DNA from: Catajapyx aquilonaris
Taxonomy: Eukaryota
Direction: 5' to 3'
DNA length: 64,000 bases
Assembly: GCA_000934665.2 (NCBI GenBank)
Contig: JYFJ02001337.1
Coordinates: forward strand, 1-64,000
The position numbers were made by a program, and so were the translations under genes. The stretch's first letter is position 1. The number at the start of each line of letters is the position of its first letter. Positions 59,801 through 64,000 of the stretch are shown in pieces. The notes beneath the pieces were generated by a model that did no database searches, had not been told where the DNA came from, and was given only the letters and a program-made list of their open reading frames with translations.

Positions 59801-61528
59801 CGCATCGTCCGATGACGGCCTTTCAGAACGATACAAGGTACCCAACACAACTAGATCCAGATTAGAACTGGTTCAAAGGAAAGGAACTGAATTCTACGAA
59901 GCGGCACATACTCTATATCTCTCTTGTGATTTCTAAGCAAGCAGCGAATTGTTCGGCACGACGCCTCGTATTTGACCGCGAGCATGATGAATAAGCCAGC
60001 CGAGTGTGTCGTCCTTTGCATGAAGGTTCTGTACAGTACAGTACAGTACAGTACACATTGCTTACCCAATGCGATGAGTCGCTCCAGAGCACAAAATAGA
60101 GAGGTGGAGCGCAGTTCACCGTGTCCCTTCCATTAGCCCCTGCGTGATAGGCATTTTGTTAAGCAGAAGAGACGTGAGGGTAGCACTCGTTAGTTAGGAA
60201 AACTTCTGTAAGTAGCCTACAGTACCGGTATGTGGAATTACAGTACTGATGAATAGTACATGATGGCTAATTTGAGGAGCTCAGGTAGGGTTTTGCTGGG
60301 AAAATACGAATTAATGGTCGGACATGTCTTTAAAAAACGCATACTGTATATTTAATATACCTGTAATCCACATTTAATGACTGTCACTTAATGTCATACA
60401 CTGTTTATAATCGTGGCCAACAATGCCTAAACCTTCGCTAAATCAGAGACTCTTGATGCGAGTACATCCAACCTGGTGCAACGGGCCCTGAACAAACTTT
60501 TGCTGCGTGTCATGGGTTAATTAGGCTTATGGGATTAGCAAGGTTGCTGCAGTAACCTATCAAGTAACAGGCCTCCAACTAGCCTGGGGCATCCAGAGAA
60601 AAGCAGCTCTCTCTCCGAATTTCGTCCTACTTCCGGTTCAGGCCGAGCTTAAGCACAAAGCAAAGCTAGGATTTAAAAAGTTCCACCTCGGAGCGTGGGC
60701 GTGAGCAGCAACTTGTTTTTGAATGGGGGTGCTCCAACCTGTAAAATCTCTGTCACAGCGGGTTGCTTTACAAACACTGGCAAAGTCAAAAGCCAGCCAG
60801 AAATTGTGGTTGACGTTATTAATTCTTGTCACCGCAAAACCAATTTGAAACGCTCGCATTATTGCTCTGCAAACTCGACACATTGATTAACAGGCCATTG
60901 TACAGGTATATAAATGCGTGATTCTGGACAACATTTTAGGACCGTGGGTAGCGACGAGGCTCGAAGCGCTACGTGGTCGACGGAAGGGAACAACGTGGGC
61001 GGTGGCGTCGGTTGCGGTTGGATGGAGGCATCGGCTAAGAGGAACGTCGGAGTATCCGAGGCCTTCCAGGAGCTGTTTGCCCAGGCGCAGCTTCCTCCGG
61101 AGATGGCGCCCCACCTGCACAGGGCCTTGCAACACCAGCAGCACAACCAGCAACAGACTGCCAACCACTGTAGCTCTCCGTCGCCCTCGCCCTCTTCGTC
61201 ACCGTCGCCCTCGAGGGGAGGCAGTAGCAAGCTTAAGGGGCGGATGGGAGGGCTGAGCATGAAGCGGAGGCTGAGCGACGCCACGGCCGTCCTGGCCACC
61301 GACGCCCGCCGTCCCTCCCTGAGGACCGACCTCATCATCATGCGGGCCAAGAGCAAACACGGCCTCCTGCAGCTGCCCATCTCGTCGGCCGGAAGCACCT
61401 CGGCCGCGGCTGCAGCTGCCGTGGCCGGAGGGATAGGGGCGGCTGCGGCGGGAGGGGCCGCCGCTGCCACCGGAACCAGGGGCGGAACCTTCCTCTCGCC
61501 CTCGGGCCTGCGCTGCATTCTTCAGTGA
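50838..61528 (+). CDS. RASD2: Rhes/Dexras (RASD1/RASD2)-like small GTPase, about 464 aa
   Basis: Exons 52111-52480, 53181-53338, 57522-57795 and 60940-61528 are confident; the start exon 50838-50841 (ATG A|gtaagt) is inferred. Translation: KNCYRLVLLGSSRVGKT, YTPTIEDFHRKLYKIRGDLYQLDILDTSGNHPFPAMRRLSFLTGD, GNKCD, EASAK, DARRPSLRTDL, and C-terminal CaaX CILQ*. Confidence 0.9.
58361..58468 (+). mobile_element. Short non-autonomous Helitron-like element with (GTTT)n and 3' CTAGT end; related copy at about 59306-59418
   Basis: aaggcaaagtttgtttg...catggaaacagtccgtgcgaagaacaggctccgctgCTAGT. The second copy reads aaggcaaagtttgttggtttg...catggaaacgggccgtgagaagaacggactccgctgc. Confidence 0.65.
58690..59050 (+). 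mobile_element. Helitron Rep/helicase fragment (disrupted) in Rhes intron
   Basis: RSPENGG...VDNSWVVPYCQLLPRTFNAHINVEFCSSVKSIKYASKYINKESDQATF, then after frameshifts RYIS..EFVWRILYFPIH. These are hallmark Helitron Rep motifs (HINVE..S.KSIKY..KY..KG; RY.S..EA.WRI). Confidence 0.9.
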
Positions 61529-62802
61529 TGGAATGTCGGACCTTCTCTGGCTGTGATCATACATTCATGCTGCATGTTTGTCATGTACTGGGGTTAATCA
61601 GGAATGGAGCTCATGCTGTACAATGTTAGGGGATCGTATGATTGCATACCGGTATATGTAAACCTGTCCTTTTGATGACGTATATGTATATGGTATGATG
61701 CTGCTGGACATTCCTGTTTGGCCCCGTCACTCATCGTGTGTACCGGTACCAGAACGCATGCACCACGAGCGACTATACCATCCATTTGTTATACGGCGGA
61801 CAGGGCTGCGACATCTTCCTTTTCTTCTTTCGCCGCCTCCAGCGGTTACTGTCAGTTGCGTGATAAATGGGCCTTAGAGAATTATTATTTTACGGAGGAT
61901 TTAATTACCGATACCTATACCAAACATATAGGCTGCAGGTACTCATCGTATGGGAGACAATAATACTAGTGGCTCGTATGTTGGAAAATATGCTGTGCTG
62001 TAATACTACATAATGTTATCCACTGGAGTAGACTTTGTATCCGTCTGTATAGCCATCTCTGCGCGTCATTAGGAGAGTCTTGGGCGTCGTGATAACATAC
62101 TACATGTGTGTCGAAATATTTGTGCCAGCGTAGACTACGTGTTTGCGTGCCTGCCATTTTGTACGTGCGCCCCCATACAGTAGACAAAATACCCCAATAA
62201 AACTATATTGCCAACTACAGTCTCTGCCTTCTGCATTCTGGATTCTGCCTCTTTTTATCAGGTGACGCCGAGAAACTTCATGGGCATCTAGGCGGACCAA
62301 AAATGTGCGTTAACGTCTTCATGTTTGGCCTTCATCTGTGCTCAAGATGACTTACGCTGAAGGGATTTTAGGTGTGGTAGAAACCCATAATATTATGTTG
62401 GAATACATCTGATTTATGTCCACAAGACGTGTCGTACTGCATCGTTGGATTGCAATGAATAATATAGTACCTTAGCGTAAAGTGAAATACTGTAATATTC
62501 TGAAAGTTGCATAACCATCATCCTACGTATCCTCCCACGCGTCACTGGAGATTTAAAGAGGTCAAATGCAAAAATAATAATGTTTAAAACAACCAAATTA
62601 AAAAGTTTTCCCTCTCGTTAAATCCCTGTGAGAGGCTGCATAGTCTATAATATCGAAAAGGTAATTTTTTTCCAACGTAATTACTAAGGGTGTTCTGATT
62701 CTGTAATAAAATGTCATCATGTTCTAAGGTAGGATAATTCGATTGTTCGATAAATATTTCAGGTCTGATTTCGGAATGATAAGAAAAATTTATTCACATA
62801 AA

Positions 62803-62943
62803 GTGCGGAAAACGAAATGACGATCTGACGTCATCATTTTGTTCTCATGCTACAATAGGCGTAAACAATGCTCTTTTTGTCGACACTGTTTACTGATATT
62901 GTTGTGTGACGGTGACGTCAGAGCGTCGTTTCGTTTTCCGCAC
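62803..62943. mobile_element. Fold-back MITE-like element carrying two TGACGTCA sites
   Basis: gtgcggaaaacgaaatgacgatctgacgtca ... tgacgtcagagcgtcgtttcgttttccgcac. The inner arms gtaaacaatg / cactgtttac also pair. Confidence 0.7.
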
Positions 62944-64000
62944 AGGGTATTCTCATCATCACCTCTGCACATGGACATCAACGGAGGGTACTGTACGTAC
63001 TCTCTCATTGTTTTGGGCGAGTTGCGTGCTGGTCTATGGGAAACCCAGAACAAGAAGTTGTTCAATATTATAAACATAATTACGATTAATCGATCACTTG
63101 TTCCGAACTGGCCTTCGTGCTGCTTTCTTCTTTGAGAACGTCTTTTAGAATAAAGAGCTTATTAGCTTTACATCAGAATAACACGTACTCTGGCCGCATA
63201 ACATGCTTGGAAACTGACAATTAAAGGCCATGGAAGGGGAAAAACTACACGTATAGCAAAGGTACGGTACACTACTACACCGTGAAGTGGTTAACCAACA
63301 AGGGCCAGAGTAATGATGCCCATCCCTTTTGAACCGGACACTGCAGCATGTTTGTGCATCATGTGTCCTCTTCAAAGGATAGGGGTCGACGTTGTTTTTG
63401 CAGACACCTGAAAGGGCCACCCGTATAGGCCTACTAATATTATACTATATATATATTTTTTTGGAGCGGGAGATATATGTAATTATTGCCAATGTTATTG
63501 ATTGGACAGTATGGTACTTGTTGTTATACCGTACTTCACTAGGCCATTTTCCTGTGAATTGTTCGATGCGATGGCATGTGAGCTCATCAGCGAGCTTCAC
63601 GACCTCTAACCAAGGTGCATAATGCGTGTAATGCTTTGCAAGAATTTTTGGGAGTTTAGAAAAACAAGGGCGTGGCGAGAAAGTACACTGCTATCAAAAA
63701 TGTAAGTAACTGGCGGATTTATTTTGTTTCTAGCTCGTACTGTGCATTTTTAGTAAAATCAAGAGCTAATAAGTAGATATTGGTAAAATTATAATAATGC
63801 TGAGATGTAAAAAAAATTGATGATAATAATATATGGACATGAATTATAATATTTTGTAGGGATATACATTATGGTGAATAAGTTGCTTCAAAATTTCATG
63901 TACAAATTATAATTGCGCATGTAAGGTACGCGCCGCATATTTTGAAATTATACACAACTACCGCAGCGGGAGCAAATGTGTGCCATCGCATGAATAGCAT

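Noticed and set aside
60859..61518. 219-aa minus-strand ORF; also 57265-57804 and 12544-13002
   Set aside because: These are antisense shadows of GC-rich real exons (Rhes and RpSA).

Overview
This is eukaryotic genomic DNA, probably from an arthropod (GT-AG spliceosomal introns, TTAGG tracts, mosaic CpG depletion). Nine spliced protein-coding genes can be reconstructed with frame-consistent splice sites: an Amun-like HhH protein (+), 40S ribosomal protein SA (-), a divergent Mp20/myophilin-like CH-domain protein (+), a SEPT3/9/12-group septin (-), a membrane RING-H2 protein (+), a divergent PP1 catalytic subunit (-), Erv1/ALR sulfhydryl oxidase (-), a 75-aa NDUFA3-like complex I subunit missed by the ORF track (+, head-to-head with ALR), and a Rhes/RASD GTPase (+). 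The RpSA introns carry two paralogous box C/D snoRNAs with a 28S-complementary guide. One copy is tightly bracketed by two young MITEs, and the other copy preserves their empty sites. The window also holds several other MITEs, a mariner relic, a tRNA-derived SINE, Helitron fragments, microsatellites and a candidate spliced non-coding transcript. All homology calls rest on motif recognition from memory; no database search was run.
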